Assembly (NCBI GenBank): GCA_964276515.1
Contig: OZ193910.1
Location: 4,402,001 to 4,466,000, forward strand
Length of the DNA: 64,000 nt
Direction: 5' to 3'
Source: Gordius albopunctatus
Lineage: Eukaryota
The translations under genes and the position numbers were made by a program. The notes below the pieces were generated by a model. The model did not search any database. It was not told where the DNA came from and saw only the letters and a list, made by a program, of their open reading frames with translations. Shown in pieces: positions 39,851 to 52,871 of this stretch (its first letter is position 1; each line of letters starts with the position of its first letter).

Positions 39851-40904
39851 TTTAAATTTATACAGTATCAAAAAAACTCTAAATTGAAAGTTGTACGTTT
39901 TGGAAGGATGACTATTGGCTTTTCCAAGGTCATACCCTCTATTTGCGTTCCTTTCGTCCTTTTGATTAATTTAGAAATTGATAAATGAGAATGGATGAAA
40001 GAAGACCTATTCCTCAATAAATTAATAAGTGTTTTATAGCAGGTTATACAAAAATTTAACTTTTTAAATATTTGTATAAAGAATTAACTAAACATTTTGC
40101 ATTTTATACCCCCCCCCCATAGTTCTCGCCCCTAAATTGCATAGCAAATATGCTACGTTTATACGGAGTATAGATGAGTTTCGTTCCCTCGTTTTTATTA
40201 ATTTTTTTTATTTTGCTGCTTATTCCAGTTTAATTTTTGAAGCTTACCCCCCCCCCCCCCGACCAGAAGTTAAAATCCATTTATAAACTTAGGCCACAGC
40301 TCTTGGTACCTCTGATGCAAATATACAAATTGCCTACAAAATTTAAAATTTTTTGGCTAAAAGTTAATTTATTATTATAATGTCAAGTTCGACCAAAATA
40401 AGGTGTTTTTAAACTCATTTTGTTGTTCACATGTATTCTATCTTTATTTAATTATACATATTAATAATCCACATTCCAGGTTTAAAATGCTCCATAAATT
40501 GCCCACTGTCTTACGTTAATTTGTATGAGTCCGTCCCGAGGCCAAAAGCCATTTTTATCTTTGCGCCCGAATCGAGTTCGGAGAAACATCATTAATCTCG
40601 GTTATTTCCGAAACATTCGAATATCCCCTAACTTCCTAAGCAAATCCTCCTTTTTGCTTAAAACATGCCTAGCTAGATATACAATACAGCATTAAAAACT
40701 GGGATATTATGAGGGGTCGTAAGACAATAACCTTGTTAGGTTCTTATAGGTCCGAAGAACTGAGATATATCAACATTTATTTGCACTTTGTTAAAAGTAT
40801 TTTCATTTTTCTCCTTATTCAACGCGCAAAAAATGACAAAATTAGATTTTTAAATTTATTTAGCCACGCAGGAGGGGACACGACCGTCCTATAATAATAA
40901 TAAT

Positions 40905-43069
40905 AAAACTCGGGCCTTCGGCCCTCGTGGGAAGGGGGAACTCATCTACACTCCGTATAAATGTATCATATTTGCTATGCAATTTATGGAAATACTTACG
41001 TGAATATTGCAAAACCAAGGTTGGAAGCACTAAATAAGTGTATATGCCAAATATCATAAAGGGGGAGAGAGGGAGCGAAGGGGAAGCTTTATGGTTAGTT
41101 AAATTCTACGGGAAACAGTTGTATTAATTTATATTTAGGTAGACAAATTTTTAATTGTCTATTTTTAAAGACTATTTTAATATAGGAAGAAAATTTGGAG
41201 GGAAATAAGCAATAATTTTTTCACAAAATAAATTCAAAAAAAATGGAAATCCTAAATTTTTTAAAAGTGCCCGGGGTTAGTCATAGCCCATAAATTAACT
41301 CTGACGTTTTCACTTTTTTTAGTGTAGGCTAACTCATATCAATAAAAAGATTGTTTCTTTATAAAAAATGTAGAAAATGCAAATGTAATATGATTATTTT
41401 TTCTTTTTATCATGCCATTTGTAAAACACAATGAAAAATGGCTAGCAATAGCCCCTCTCCGACTAGCCCCGACCCCTATTTTAATAAACAATTAATAATG
41501 TAGATAAATGAAAGACAAAACCTAATTTTATGCAAGAACACAAAAAAAACAAAATATAGTAATCTTTAAAATAAATAATTCAATGTGTAAAAATGTATAT
41601 GAAAGAATATTAATGTTGAAAACCTAAACACTAGCACATGCAAAAAACAATCATGAACAAAATATCACATTTGAGAATAAATAAAAATATTACATTAGTT
41701 TTTATGGCCTCTAGTGATTATGGGTCTAACAAACATTATATTATAAAACACCACAATGTTAAGAATTTGCAGAATTGTTGGGAGAAATTTTTTGTTGAAT
41801 TTGAACAATTTTTAATTAAAAAAATCAAAAATTTGGCCAATGGTCATTTCTTCTGCATTGGTCAGTACCAACAGATACTCTATAAGTCAATGATAGCCAA
41901 AAAAACGGAAAAAAAATTTGATGCTCACTTTGGCCAATGGTCATTTTTTCCCATTGGTCAGCAGCCAGCACAAGGTAAAAGTGGATATAAATTCATAAGA
42001 GTAAAAAAAACGAAAAAAAAATTTTCGAATCACATTTTGGCCAAAGGTCATTTTTTTCCATTGGTCAGCAGCCAGGACACGGTAAAAGTGGATATAAATT
42101 CATAACAGTCAAAAAAAACGAAAAAAAATTTTCGAATCACATTTTGGCCAATGGTTATTTTATTCCATTGGTCAGCAGCCAGCGGACTGCCAAAAAGTCA
42201 TAATAGGAATGGTAGGAACAGGAACAATCATAATAGTAAAAAAAACGGAAAAAATAATTTCGATTCACATTTTGGCCAATGGTCATTTTTTTCCATTGGT
42301 CAGCAGCCAGGACACGGTAAAAGTGGATATAAATTCATAACAGTCAAAAAAAACGAAAAAAAATTTTCGAATCACATTTTGGCCAATGGTCATTTTATTC
42401 CATTGGTCAGCAGCCAGCGGACGGCCAAAAAGTCATAATAGCAATGGTAGGAACAGGAACAATCATAATAGTCAAAAAAACGAAAAAAATATTTTCGATT
42501 CACATTTTGGCCAATGGTCATTTTTTCCATCGGTCAGGAGCCAGCGGACGGCCAAAAAGTCATAATAGCAATGGTAGGAACAGAAACAATCATAATAGTC
42601 AAAAAAAACGAAAAAATAAACTCGGATACACATTTTGGCCAATGGTCAGCAGCCAGCGGACGGCCAAAAAGTCTTATTATCAATGATAGTAACAAGAACA
42701 ATCATAAGAGTCAAAAAAAACTCCGGGATTCTAACCCAAAAACTAGATAAATTGCATAGCAATTATTAAAAAGTATAGGGTAATTATCAATGTTAACCTA
42801 TTCAAAAACGAAAAATTTGGATTTATTTGGCCAATGGTCATTTTTTCATTGGTCAGTAGCCTGCGGACGGTCAGAATGTCATATTATTAATGGTATTAAC
42901 AAGAACAAAATATTAATTTAATTAAAAAAAAAATAAACAAATTTTGTCCTCTCCGGGTCTCGATCCACAACCTGCAAGTCGGGAAGCTGGTGTAAATAAC
43001 TTGGTGGACGACGGACGGACGACGGACGGACGGACAACAAAAAACGAGCCCATAAATTGCATAGCAATT
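40905..43069 (-). mobile_element. Complete Helentron/DINE-1/pearl-like non-autonomous element with a central tandem array, inserted in a Helitron
   Basis: On the minus strand: 5' aattgctatgcaatttat, (gtcc)n microsatellite at about 43005-43035, tandem units of 107/128 bp (41835-42700), inverted subTIR at 40972-40987, gggcc-ttc-ggccc hairpin at 40912-40924, then a T-run. The flanks rejoin into the Helitron sequence seen intact at 52570-52640. Confidence 0.8.
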
Positions 43070-45024
43070 AATTGACCTGAAAAATAAGCAAAAAATGACT
43101 TTGGTTTTTGGTATAATGTTTCGAATCGTAAAAAGTTTCCATTTTCCACAGCACATGCCTACATTTATCATAACACAATACACTACATGCATCGCGTGAC
43201 GGGTAAAAAGATATAACATTAAACATTACCACTCTCTTCACCTACCACCCCCCCCCCCCCCAGTAAAGCCTGTCGTGTGTGTCCATGTTACGCTACGATA
43301 TATTATTTTACGCGTCTAATCACTATTATAATATCATTCCTTCTTCTGCAGCATCGCCCCCCCCCTTCCTAGGTATATAGTAGTGTCGTAGGCCTGTATC
43401 TTTATACTAAAAGATTAAAAACAGTCTATCTTTGAAGAAACTTTTCTGATTTCATAGGAATTTAAATTACAATATTATTCCCTAGTTTGCACCAGGATTC
43501 GTTACTCCACTCTTAGGAACTATTAATCTGGTAAGTAAATTTTTCAGCGTTTTTAGACTTTTTATATTTTCCATGTTAAAATGAAGTGTATTGCTTAAAA
43601 AACCCCTCCTTCCCCCCCCCCCCCCAAATTGTCAATTAACACTACACTATTATCCCCTCCTTTGGACCACTTATATATATATGTTGTCCTGGGCGTAGCC
43701 AGGGGGTCACCCCCCCCTTATCCAAATCCCCAAATCCTGGCTACGCCCATGGTTGTAATTGTAAAATGAATCCTATTATTAGTGAGTTAAAGTTTCCATA
43801 AATATGATGTTGAGTGAGAATGGTTTGGTACTCTATTAATTGTATCATTTAAGAAAAATTAAATTAGGTCGGATGTATGTTAAAATTATTTCTTATAAAT
43901 AAATACAATTGACCTGTTTTCTTTAGCTTAAACTATTATGCAACAATTCTTACGCCGATCCCCTCTTCTTTCCCAATAACTGTAGTGTGCTGCGCTAATT
44001 AAACCCTCACCTATCACCCGTCCTCCCCCGATATTTTTTTGCATAAAATAAACACCACCAAGACCCTAAAAATGTAGCGATTGGTTAGTGAAATGAATTT
44101 ATACGGTTATGTGTTTGGACCCGCTAGCGTCCCAGCAGCATTTTTTCAAAAAGTAAGAGTCCAAGCAAGACTACTTCCATCCACCCCCTTCAATTCCTTG
44201 GAAAATAGGATTAAGCAATGTGCAATATCTCAATTGTTCTTCGTTTGAAGATGGTATATAAACATAATTAATATGTTCATAAAGTGGCGTAAACTTTTCG
44301 TAGTGCATGTAAAACATAAATATACAAAAAGACCTCCCGCAATTAAATGATTAATAAAGAATTTTAAGGTAAATAAAAGTGTGTTTTTACTTTTTCCCCT
44401 AAGTCATCTAAACTTTGGGATATATAAGGTTAAGGTTACAAAATGGCCGTTTAGCCTTTTTTGATGCTATTGTATGTATTTCCATACCATTTTTAATTTA
44501 ATTTTAATGATATATTAATATAATCTTATAGATCATTGATTAATATCTACAAGATAATTTATTTTGTTTTTCGGCATTTAGAGAGGAAGGGCGGCCGCCC
44601 CCCTGGCTACGCCCATGTCTTCCCTCATATATGTTAAAATATGGATGACTTGGAAAAAAGTATAAATACACTTATGTTCAGCGTAAAATTCTTCATCCAA
44701 ATTATAGTTGTCAGATAACGGGATAGGATCACAAAGTCAATATTTGTAGACTTGTGGAATTTTAAACTATTCAAGTGTTTGTGTAAATTATTTACAATAT
44801 TTATACACGTGTAAATAATTAAAAAATGTTTATATTAATAGGTTAAGTCGACCCTTTTCTTGTAGAAAACGAGCCAAGAATACTTTATTGGCGTAGGATG
44901 TGCCCATTTTATTTTGATAAATATTTAAATAAGTTCTTGTTGATAAATGCTCAAAAGAGATTCCGTATATAATAATCAATTCCTGCTAACTAATCGTCTT
45001 TTTATTGCCCTTTTATATTATATT

Positions 45025-46347
45025 TAGAGCCCTGCCGACCCGATCGGGTTTCGGACCGGGCAGAATTTTATAAAATAATCGGGCTCAGGTCGGGCCTGAT
45101 GGGGCGTCTCGACTCGAGCCCCGAGCCCGGGCCGAATTGAACTAAAGCAAATTAATCTTTCATAATAAATGATTTGAACAAACTCAACTTGATATTAAAT
45201 AAATATCTTCACACAACGTACATTTTATAGCTTCAAAACTTCAGCTTTTCCCCTGTCTATTATAATATAATTGACCTGAATTAGAGCCCTGCACGGGTAA
45301 CCCGAAACCCGACCCGAGCGTCGGGTTCGGGTTGAAAATTTTAAAACGCTTTCGGGTCGGTTCGGGTTGAAGGTTATAAATCTTACATTGCATAACAAAC
45401 ATATCTTTCACGTGGATTTTTCCGGTTGGGAGGAATGTGCAGATGAAATGTTCAAGAAAAAGATGAACTGGAGGAATATATTTATTATAAACTTGCAAAA
45501 AAGGATGAAACATACGACACATTAGAATGGTGGAGAATATATTCTTATAAATATCCTGTTTTAGGGTTATTGGCTCGTAAATTTCTGGCCATACCTGCTG
45601 CCTCCTCTGCGTCCAGTGAGAGATCTTTTTCTACAGCTGAACGAATTTTAGAAGATAGGAGGTCGAGTTTACGGCCTGAAATTGTAGACGCTATTATATT
45701 TATACATAATTATAATAATTCTATCAAATAAATTTATTATTCAAATTCGTAGCGTCAAATTGTTTCTGAAATCGGCGAATTTATTTTGTCTATTAATTTA
45801 AAATATTTAAAACGCTTTCGTGTCTGGTCGTTTTTGGGTTGAAAAATTTTTAAACGCTTTCGGGTCGGGTTCGGGTTGAATATTTTAAAACGCTTTTGGG
45901 TCGGGTCGGGTTCGGCTTGAAAAATTAAAAATGCTTTCGGGTCGGGTTCGGGTTGAAAAAAAGTGACTTTGCAGGGCTCTAACCTGAATTGCAAATCTTA
46001 ATAGATAAATATTTCAAAAAATTATTTAATATGGAACTGTTAAATAAAATTTATTTTTTTAAGTTATAATTTAGTTTTAAAGCTAAATAAATTGTAACGA
46101 GTGGAAAGAAAACGCATTTTTCTATTTTAAACTTGTCCTAGTTGTAAATTACGAGTAATAACAATCTTCTGCATTTTATATTTAGACGGTGAAATAATTT
46201 TCAAAATAAAATTTTTTAAAATTTTTATTTGAAAAATTGTGTCGGGTTCGGGTCGGGCCAAAAAGTAAAAACGGGTTCGGGGCGGGCTCGGGAAAAATAA
46301 AAATTGAGAAGTCGGGCTCGAGCCGGGCTCGGACAGAAAAAATTTCA
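45025..46347. mobile_element. MITE of the 177-857 family, interrupted by a nested hAT element; right TIR not recognisable
   Basis: Starts tagagccctgc. Colinear with 177-840 on both sides of the insertion at 45282-45981. Confidence 0.8.
45282..45981 (+). mobile_element. Deleted hAT (Ac/ZBED-like) element retaining the C-terminal dimerisation domain
   Basis: TIR tagagccctgca / tgcagggctcta. Perfect TSD acctgaat. Open frame 45447-45731 reads ...DTLEWWRIYSYKYPVLGLLARKFLAIPAASSASSERSFSTAERILEDRRSSLRPEIVDAIIFIH. Confidence 0.92.
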
Positions 46348-46799
46348 AAGTATAACCATGCGCGTGCAGAAAGCGCTATTAGTTGGAAAAAGGCTAGTGG
46401 TGGTGAAGGGAAACGAACGCGAGGCCGCGCACGCTTGTGTAATGGTGATGGTGGCGCCCGAGAGAGGCAATGGGGTTTTGGGGAATTTACATTCAAATTG
46501 TTCAAGAACTAACCAGTTTAGGCCATACCCCGCACAAAAATTTTTTTGACCTCGGGTGGGGTCAGACAAATCAAATTTAAACAGCAGTCATTGTTATTTC
46601 ATCCAAAAAAAACCGTGTTTTCATGGCATTTTTCGTCAAAAGTGAGCCCATAAATTGCATAGCAATTAAATAAAGTCCCCAATCTGCCGATAATATAGAT
46701 GAGCATTAAATTCTCACCTCTAAGAACACCTGTCCTAAGTTGGGTCACTTAAATGCTTATCAACCCCCCCCCATCCCAATCTGCCTTTAGATTTTTCCC

Positions 46800-47530
46800 C
46801 GTAAATCGATATAACTTTGACCAATGGTCATTTTTTCCATTGGTTAGTAGCCAGGACACGGTGAAACAAAAAAATGAAACAAAATTTCGATTTATGCTTT
46901 GATCAATGGTCATTTTTTCCATTAGTCAGTAGCCAGGACACGGTCAAAAAGGATATAAATACATAAGAGACGAAAAAAACGAAAAAAAATTCAATTTATA
47001 CTTTAGCCAATGGTCATTTTTTTCATTGGTCAGTAGGACACGGTCAAAAAGTCATATTATCAATGGTATTAACAAGAAAAATATATTAATTAAAATAGGC
47101 CCTTCTAGGGGAGGGCATAGGGTGATTTACCGGAAAAAAATTTCGATTCACAATTTGGTGAAAATTTTTTTTGCCCTCTCCGGGTATCGAACCACCAATT
47201 AGGATATACATCAGCAAGTTTCGGCAATCTAAATTAAAACAAATAATAGAAGGCGGTATAAAAGAGCTAACACATGACATCATATAGCTTCATAATTAGA
47301 TAAAGATGAATAATAAAAGTTATATCATGTGTAAAATGAAAAAATAGTGATTTTTATTTATTTGTGTATACAACATTTCAAGATCCATAAAATAAATTTG
47401 ACACAATCTTTCTTAAACACAATAAATAAGATATGCAAAATATGGTGCATTATATATAGCTATCTTGATTATCGAAATGTTGGACTGACGGGCAACAAAA
47501 AACCAACCCATAAGTTGCTTAGCAATTAAA
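46800..47530 (-). mobile_element. Partial copy of the Helentron/DINE-like repeat family
   Basis: caatggtcattttttccattgg tandem units and a degenerate end cccataagttgcttagcaatt at about 47507-47528. Confidence 0.65.
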
Positions 47531-48080
47531 ACGATTTAATCATGGTGTGTGCAATTATTTACAGTTGTTTTAACATTTTCGCGAGCCAAAAATTGTTACA
47601 TTTCTTTCCGCTTAATGCGCCATCACTAATGCCCCGTTAAGGGCCGTAAGGTCGTCGTAGATTCGAGCCCCCTATAATACTTTTTTTCAATTTATCTAAA
47701 AAATGCTTCATCGTCAACACGGCTGCCATTTTATAAAATAACTGCCCATCACTCCCCCTTACGCTACGATGCGCTCCCCTAAATGCTTAGTTAGCATATT
47801 ATGTGCGAGATAAAGATAAAGCATAACCTATAGATCCAAGCCAGGTTAGTAAGACCGAGTTTAAGTATTTGTTATATATAAAACTTTACCCTAATGAAAT
47901 ATGAGTTAATTAAGTCAATCATGCTTTTATTGTATTTTTAGGCAATGCTTTTACAGTAATAACTACATCTATCAAATCAAGATAAAGACATAAAGCCTAC
48001 CTAGTGATTACTCCACCCCACCTGAAATATTGGTCGTGTTACTCGTTAGGACAACTACTATAAGTATTTTAGGAAAATAG

Positions 48081-49214
48081 ATGTCAGACACTGTTTACCA
48101 AATAAACGATAATATTATATATCACAAAGAAACAAGTGTAAAACATGCCAATAGTTCTCCTGAAAGCCAGAATGAATATGGTAAATGTATAGAGGAAGCC
48201 GTTAATAAAGAAAACGATGATGAACGACTTACACGTAAACGACAAGCTACTGCCGAAAGAATACGCAAAGTTCTTAAAGAAAATGAAACAGGTGAACAAC
48301 TTAAACGTAGACGAAAAATTCTTGCCGAAAGACAGCGTAATTATCGAAAAGGTAAACGCGATGAAGCTCTTAAAAAGAATGAGACAGATGAACAACTTAA
48401 ACGCAGACGAAAAATTCATGCAGAAAGACAGCGTAATTATCGCAAATGTAAACGCGATGAAGCCCTTAAAAAGAATGAGACAGATGAACAACTTAAACGT
48501 AGAAGACAAATTCTTGCCGAAAGACAGCGTAATTATCGAAAAGGTAAATTCGATGATGCCCTTAATGAGAACGAGAAAGATGAACAACTTGAACGTAGAC
48601 GAAAAATGTTTGCCGAAAGACAACGTAATTATCGCAATAAACGCGATGAAGCCCTTAAAAAAAATGAGACAGATGAACAATTTAAACTCAGACGAAAAAT
48701 TCTTGCCGAAAAACAGCGTAATTATCGCAATAAACGCGATGAAGCCCTTAAAAAGAATGAGACAGATGAACAACTTAAACGCAGACGAAAGATTCATGCC
48801 GAAAAACAGCGTATTTATCGCAATAAACGGGATGAAGCCCTTAAAAAGAATGAGACAGATGAACAACTTAAAAGCAGACGAAAAATTCTAGCAGAAAGAC
48901 AGCGTAATTATCGAAAAAGTAAACGCGATGAAGCCCTTAAAAAGAATGAGACAGATGAACAACTTAAACGTAGACGACAAATTCTTGCCGAAAGACAGCG
49001 TAATTATCGAAAAGGTAAATGCGATGATGCCCTTAATGAGAACGAGAAAGATGAACAAATTAAACGTAGACGAAAAATGTTTGCCGAAAGACAGCGTAAT
49101 TATCGTAAACGTAAACGCGAAAAAGTCGAGACCGTAAATGACACGATCGAAGATTCCGATATAGTTATGGTAAATGAAATATTAGAAATTTTCGAGGCAT
49201 ATATATTTTGGTAA
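48081..49214 (+). CDS. 377-aa protein with nine tandem 31-32-aa basic helical repeats (STPR-like / bZIP-basic-region-like); putative nucleic-acid binder
   Basis: Intact ORF with consensus unit ETDEQLKRRRKILAERQRNYRKGKRDEALKKN (96/93-nt units). Non-repetitive N- and C-terminal parts are in the same frame. A splice-acceptor-like ttttag lies just upstream of the ATG. Confidence 0.7.
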   Translation: MSDTVYQINDNIIYHKETSVKHANSSPESQNEYGKCIEEAVNKENDDERLTRKRQATAERIRKVLKENETGEQLKRRRKILAERQRNYRKGKRDEALKKNETDEQLKRRRKIHAERQRNYRKCKRDEALKKNETDEQLKRRRQILAERQRNYRKGKFDDALNENEKDEQLERRRKMFAERQRNYRNKRDEALKKNETDEQFKLRRKILAEKQRNYRNKRDEALKKNETDEQLKRRRKIHAEKQRIYRNKRDEALKKNETDEQLKSRRKILAERQRNYRKSKRDEALKKNETDEQLKRRRQILAERQRNYRKGKCDDALNENEKDEQIKRRRKMFAERQRNYRKRKREKVETVNDTIEDSDIVMVNEILEIFEAYIFW

Positions 49215-50387
49215 GAGTTTAATGTAAAATTTATAAACGTAAAAAATTTAAAGTGATGGGCTGCGAACGCGATGGACTTAAATTTCTGGAATTTTTTTAA
49301 GTACCTAATTTCTAGACCAAGATGTTAAATCTTTTAAATTTGCATTAAATTTTTTATATGATTAAACGAATAACGTGGTCAAATTTGTTAGAATTTTTCT
49401 GCCCGAACCCGGCCCGGCCCGATTTTATAATTAATCTGCCCGCCCGAACCATTCTATGTGTCCGCCCGGCAATGCCCGAATTATCCCAGCTGCCCGGCCT
49501 AAATGGCGTGTTTTAAAATTTTTAGCACTAATATCGTTATATTTTTTAAAAAAATTTTCTTAATTTTTGATTTTTTCTTAAAATGGGAACTGGATTAACA
49601 AACATTATGAAATCCATTAAAAAAGTGGCAAAATATACACAAAAACAATATAATACATTATTTTAAAAACAAAATTTAGCCCGAATTGCCCGAACCTTGT
49701 TATGGTGCCCGCCCGGGCCCGCCTGAAAGTTAAAATTTACGAAAGTTGCTCGGCCCGGCCCACGGACCGGGCGGGCAGGTTTGGGCAGCGGGCCGGGCCG
49801 GACAAATCTGGTCACTGGTACCCATCATGTCCAAACCTATACCACCTTTGAATTGTTTCATAAAAAGCTGATTTCACCAAGATTTTATTCCTCCAGGAAC
49901 ACCGGTCGCACTTTTATTTTGGCAGCAAATTGGTCAGATATAAAGGCACTCATTAAGAAAAATCAAGTTTACAAGACTTTGTTCTCTGGGCTGGGCACAT
50001 TTTAAGTAATTAAGTAAATTTAAGGTTAGATCTTCACAAATAATAAAAAATACTTTCTTTGAAAATAAAAAAAATGAACTTTTACTATCCGCCAAACATA
50101 AACGATGCAGGAGAAAATACAGCATGCCCGCAGTGAACTTGCGAAACGAAGACATTAACTTTCTCTAGCTCCTGGCCAGAATAAGCGTCTGGCTGGTTGG
50201 TTCTCGACGAGTGTCCTGAAAAATCTATTGTGAATTTATAGTCTTTAAACAATTTCAGAATAAGATCTTCGCTATGACTACTAGTGAGATCCGTTGTTGG
50301 GATGGGATAGACGAGGTGCCATACCAAAACATGTCTTAAATATGGCCGACAAGGTGTTGAAGCTACGTGTTACCTAGGCGATGTAGG

Positions 50388-51198
50388 TAGAGCCCTGCAC
50401 TGCCCGGCCCGACGGGCTTTCGGGCCGGGCTCGGTGAAATTTTAAAACATTGATCGGGCCTCGGGCTTGGATCGGGCCAGCCCGACCCGTGGCCCGAGCC
50501 CGAAAAAAAATTTGAATAAATATTAATCCAAAATATAATTACAATACAAAATAATCCCCCTACAAATAAATATTTAGAATTTTACTACCCCCCATATATT
50601 AATTTGTTTGATTTTAAGTTTTTGATTTAGACGCGTTGCGTGTTTTTAAACCCTATTCTTACATAGAGAATATATTTAGACAATAGACTGTGTGTGTTTT
50701 ATGTGTATGCCTATGTTGATATAGTTTTATAATGTATGTGAGTATGATTTATTAGGGGTAAGTTGTTAGGTTAGGAGAAAGAGAGAGGTGGGGGGGGGGG
50801 GTTGGATTTGATGTTGAACTTGAATCAAGAACGCCACCCCCTACATAATTTTTCAGTATTGTAATATCACAATATCATTCCCACCCCAGCCCATCGGTAA
50901 GATATCATTATTTTAATATTTTTAGTATTATTACACTTTTTTAATAGGAAACTTTTCCATTTAAGAACGCCAACACCTACATAATTTTTCAGTATTGTAA
51001 TATCACAATATCATTCCCATCCCAGCCCATCGTTATAAATAAATTTTTGAAATAAAATTGTTACATTTTTACAAAAGTCTGGCCGGGCTCGGGTCGGGCC
51101 TGAGTGAAAAAAACAAATCGGGCTCGGGTCGGGCTCGGGCAAAAAATAAAAAAAAGTTTCGGGCTCGGGCCGATAAAATTCAATTTTGCAGGGCTCTT
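50388..51198. mobile_element. hAT MITE (TAGAGCCCTGC family)
   Basis: tagagccctgca ... tgcagggctctt. TSD gatgtagg / aatgtagg. Internal ~70-bp direct duplication at about 50827 and 50963. Confidence 0.85.
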
Positions 51199-51322
51199 AA
51201 TGTAGGCTGCTTTTAAAAGTATGTCGAGTGCATTTTTTAAAGTCACTCCATGCTTCGACAATTGGGCAGATCGGCGTTGTATTTTTACACTGAGTATTTT
51301 TGAAAAAAAATAGCCATTTTAA

Positions 51323-52549
51323 CCCGACAGGTACCAGAACCAGTTCGGCCGAAAAAAAAATTATGAATTTTTTTTCTGGGTTTTCTTACATGCTAAATAA
51401 AGCTAAACAATTGAAAAATTTCGAAAAAATTATTTACTTTGAGAAAAAAGGGGTGTAACCTACATACAGGTTACACTGGGCAGCAGAAATATACTCGCCT
51501 ATAAAGAATTTAATAAATTTTACAATTATGTATACAATAATGATGATTTTTTTTTATAAAATACATAATTGATTAACTAACATCAATGAGGATAAAATAT
51601 GTTAATTATTATGAAATATTGACCAACAATGTATCAGAAGGCCAACTTTATAATATGCACATAAAATTCTACTAGCTTTATGACAAACGACATAACGCCT
51701 CTGAGTACACGATATCTTTTGATGTATAGTTATATTATTCTTAAAATTAGTTAATTTAGGGTTTAAAGTTCGTTTACGCGGTTGTCCGTATTTTTTAACA
51801 TAATTTTGCACTATCTCTCTTTTGAAATTACATAATGTATTTTTCCCTTATTGAAGCAATATAGATGCCATGCATTTTGGCATGCAGCATCCAGCCCAAA
51901 TGCAAATATAAGAAAATACCACTTTTGTGTCGCAAAACGATAATCTAGTTACATCCATATTTTTGTCAAAGCGGTCAACACCACCCTTGAAACAATTAGA
52001 CATTTTGATCATATGAGGATATTGAATTACAATTTTTTTCTACTTTTTTCGATTTAGTGATTTTTCCAATAGAGGTGATAGGCTTGACCCCATGACAATT
52101 CGACAACATTGTGCCAATATTATTATCATTCCATCGGACAGCCATCAAATAAGAGTTTTTTTTATAAAAACCCTCGTTCTTTTACATTGATGATCGGGCA
52201 TGTTAAGCGATTGACCGGTACCGTTCCTGTGCCCCCAAGATTCATCTTTGAAAGACATGCCATTAAATTGTGGCTCGTAAAAAATGATAAAAATATCAAT
52301 ATTGTATGGACCAAATTTTGGTGGTAGTTGATTTACTAAGTCTAATATGACCGCTCAAAATTATTTCGTTTTTTCGATTTACGGAAAATTTAGCCCCCTG
52401 GTAAGGTTATAATGTGACAAGGTAGCCATTTTTTGTTGCAGCACACCACATGTTATAGCCGAAATGAAAAGGCTTGCCTTTTATAAATTGTTTTGCATTG
52501 TGGTGCCCGAAATAAGGAACCATACACTCATCCATGGATATGAGAGAAG
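51323..52549 (-). pseudogene. Degraded piggyBac (PGBD3-like) 3' half with terminal TTAA-CCC
   Basis: Minus-strand remnants SMDECMVPYFGHHNAKQFIKGKP, GGVDRFD, KWYF and a decayed Cys-rich tail (ORF 51602-51811). TTAA at 51319-51322 followed by ccc. Confidence 0.85.
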
Positions 52550-52550
52550 T

Positions 52551-52871
52551 GAAACATTAAATATCAAAGTCATTTTTTGCTTATTTTTCACATCAATTAT
52601 TATTATTATAGGACGGTCGTGTCCCCTCCTGCGTGGCTAAATAAATTAAAAAATCTAATTTTGTCATTTTTTGCGCGTTAAATAGGGAGAAAAATGAAAA
52701 TACTTTTAACAAAGTACCAATAAATGTTGATATATCTCAGTTCTTCGGACATTATTAAGTTCAGAATAAAGAGTTTTATTCAGAAACAAATAATTATGAT
52801 AATGTTTCTTAATTACAAAAAATTAAAAAAAATGGGTAAATGGCAAAACAACGTTTGCCGAGGTCATCTAG
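52551..52871 (+). mobile_element. 3' part of a non-autonomous Helitron
   Basis: Homologous to 59790-60279. Ends with a ggcaaaacaacgtttgcc hairpin and CTAG followed by T. Confidence 0.85.

Larger units (their letters stand above)
35079..40195 (+). mobile_element. Helentron/DINE-1-like non-autonomous element (possibly two partial copies) hosting nested hAT insertions
   Basis: 5' end aattgctatgcaatttatgggctc plus a gtcc microsatellite. Inverted subTIR taaattgcatagcaa at 40133-40147, followed by a tail like that at 40905-40987 but lacking the hairpin. Family repeats are interrupted at 36505-37856. Confidence 0.55.

Noticed and set aside
41638..42750. Several ORFs of 78-155 aa
   Set aside because: Translations of the 107/128-bp non-coding tandem units; frames shift between units.
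48084..49137. Alternative-frame and antisense ORFs over the repeat gene
   Set aside because: Shadows of a stop-poor tandem repeat. Only the 48081 frame spans the whole array plus both unique flanks.
49820..50380. Short minus-strand ORFs (73-80 aa)
   Set aside because: No recognisable domain or consistent splice model.
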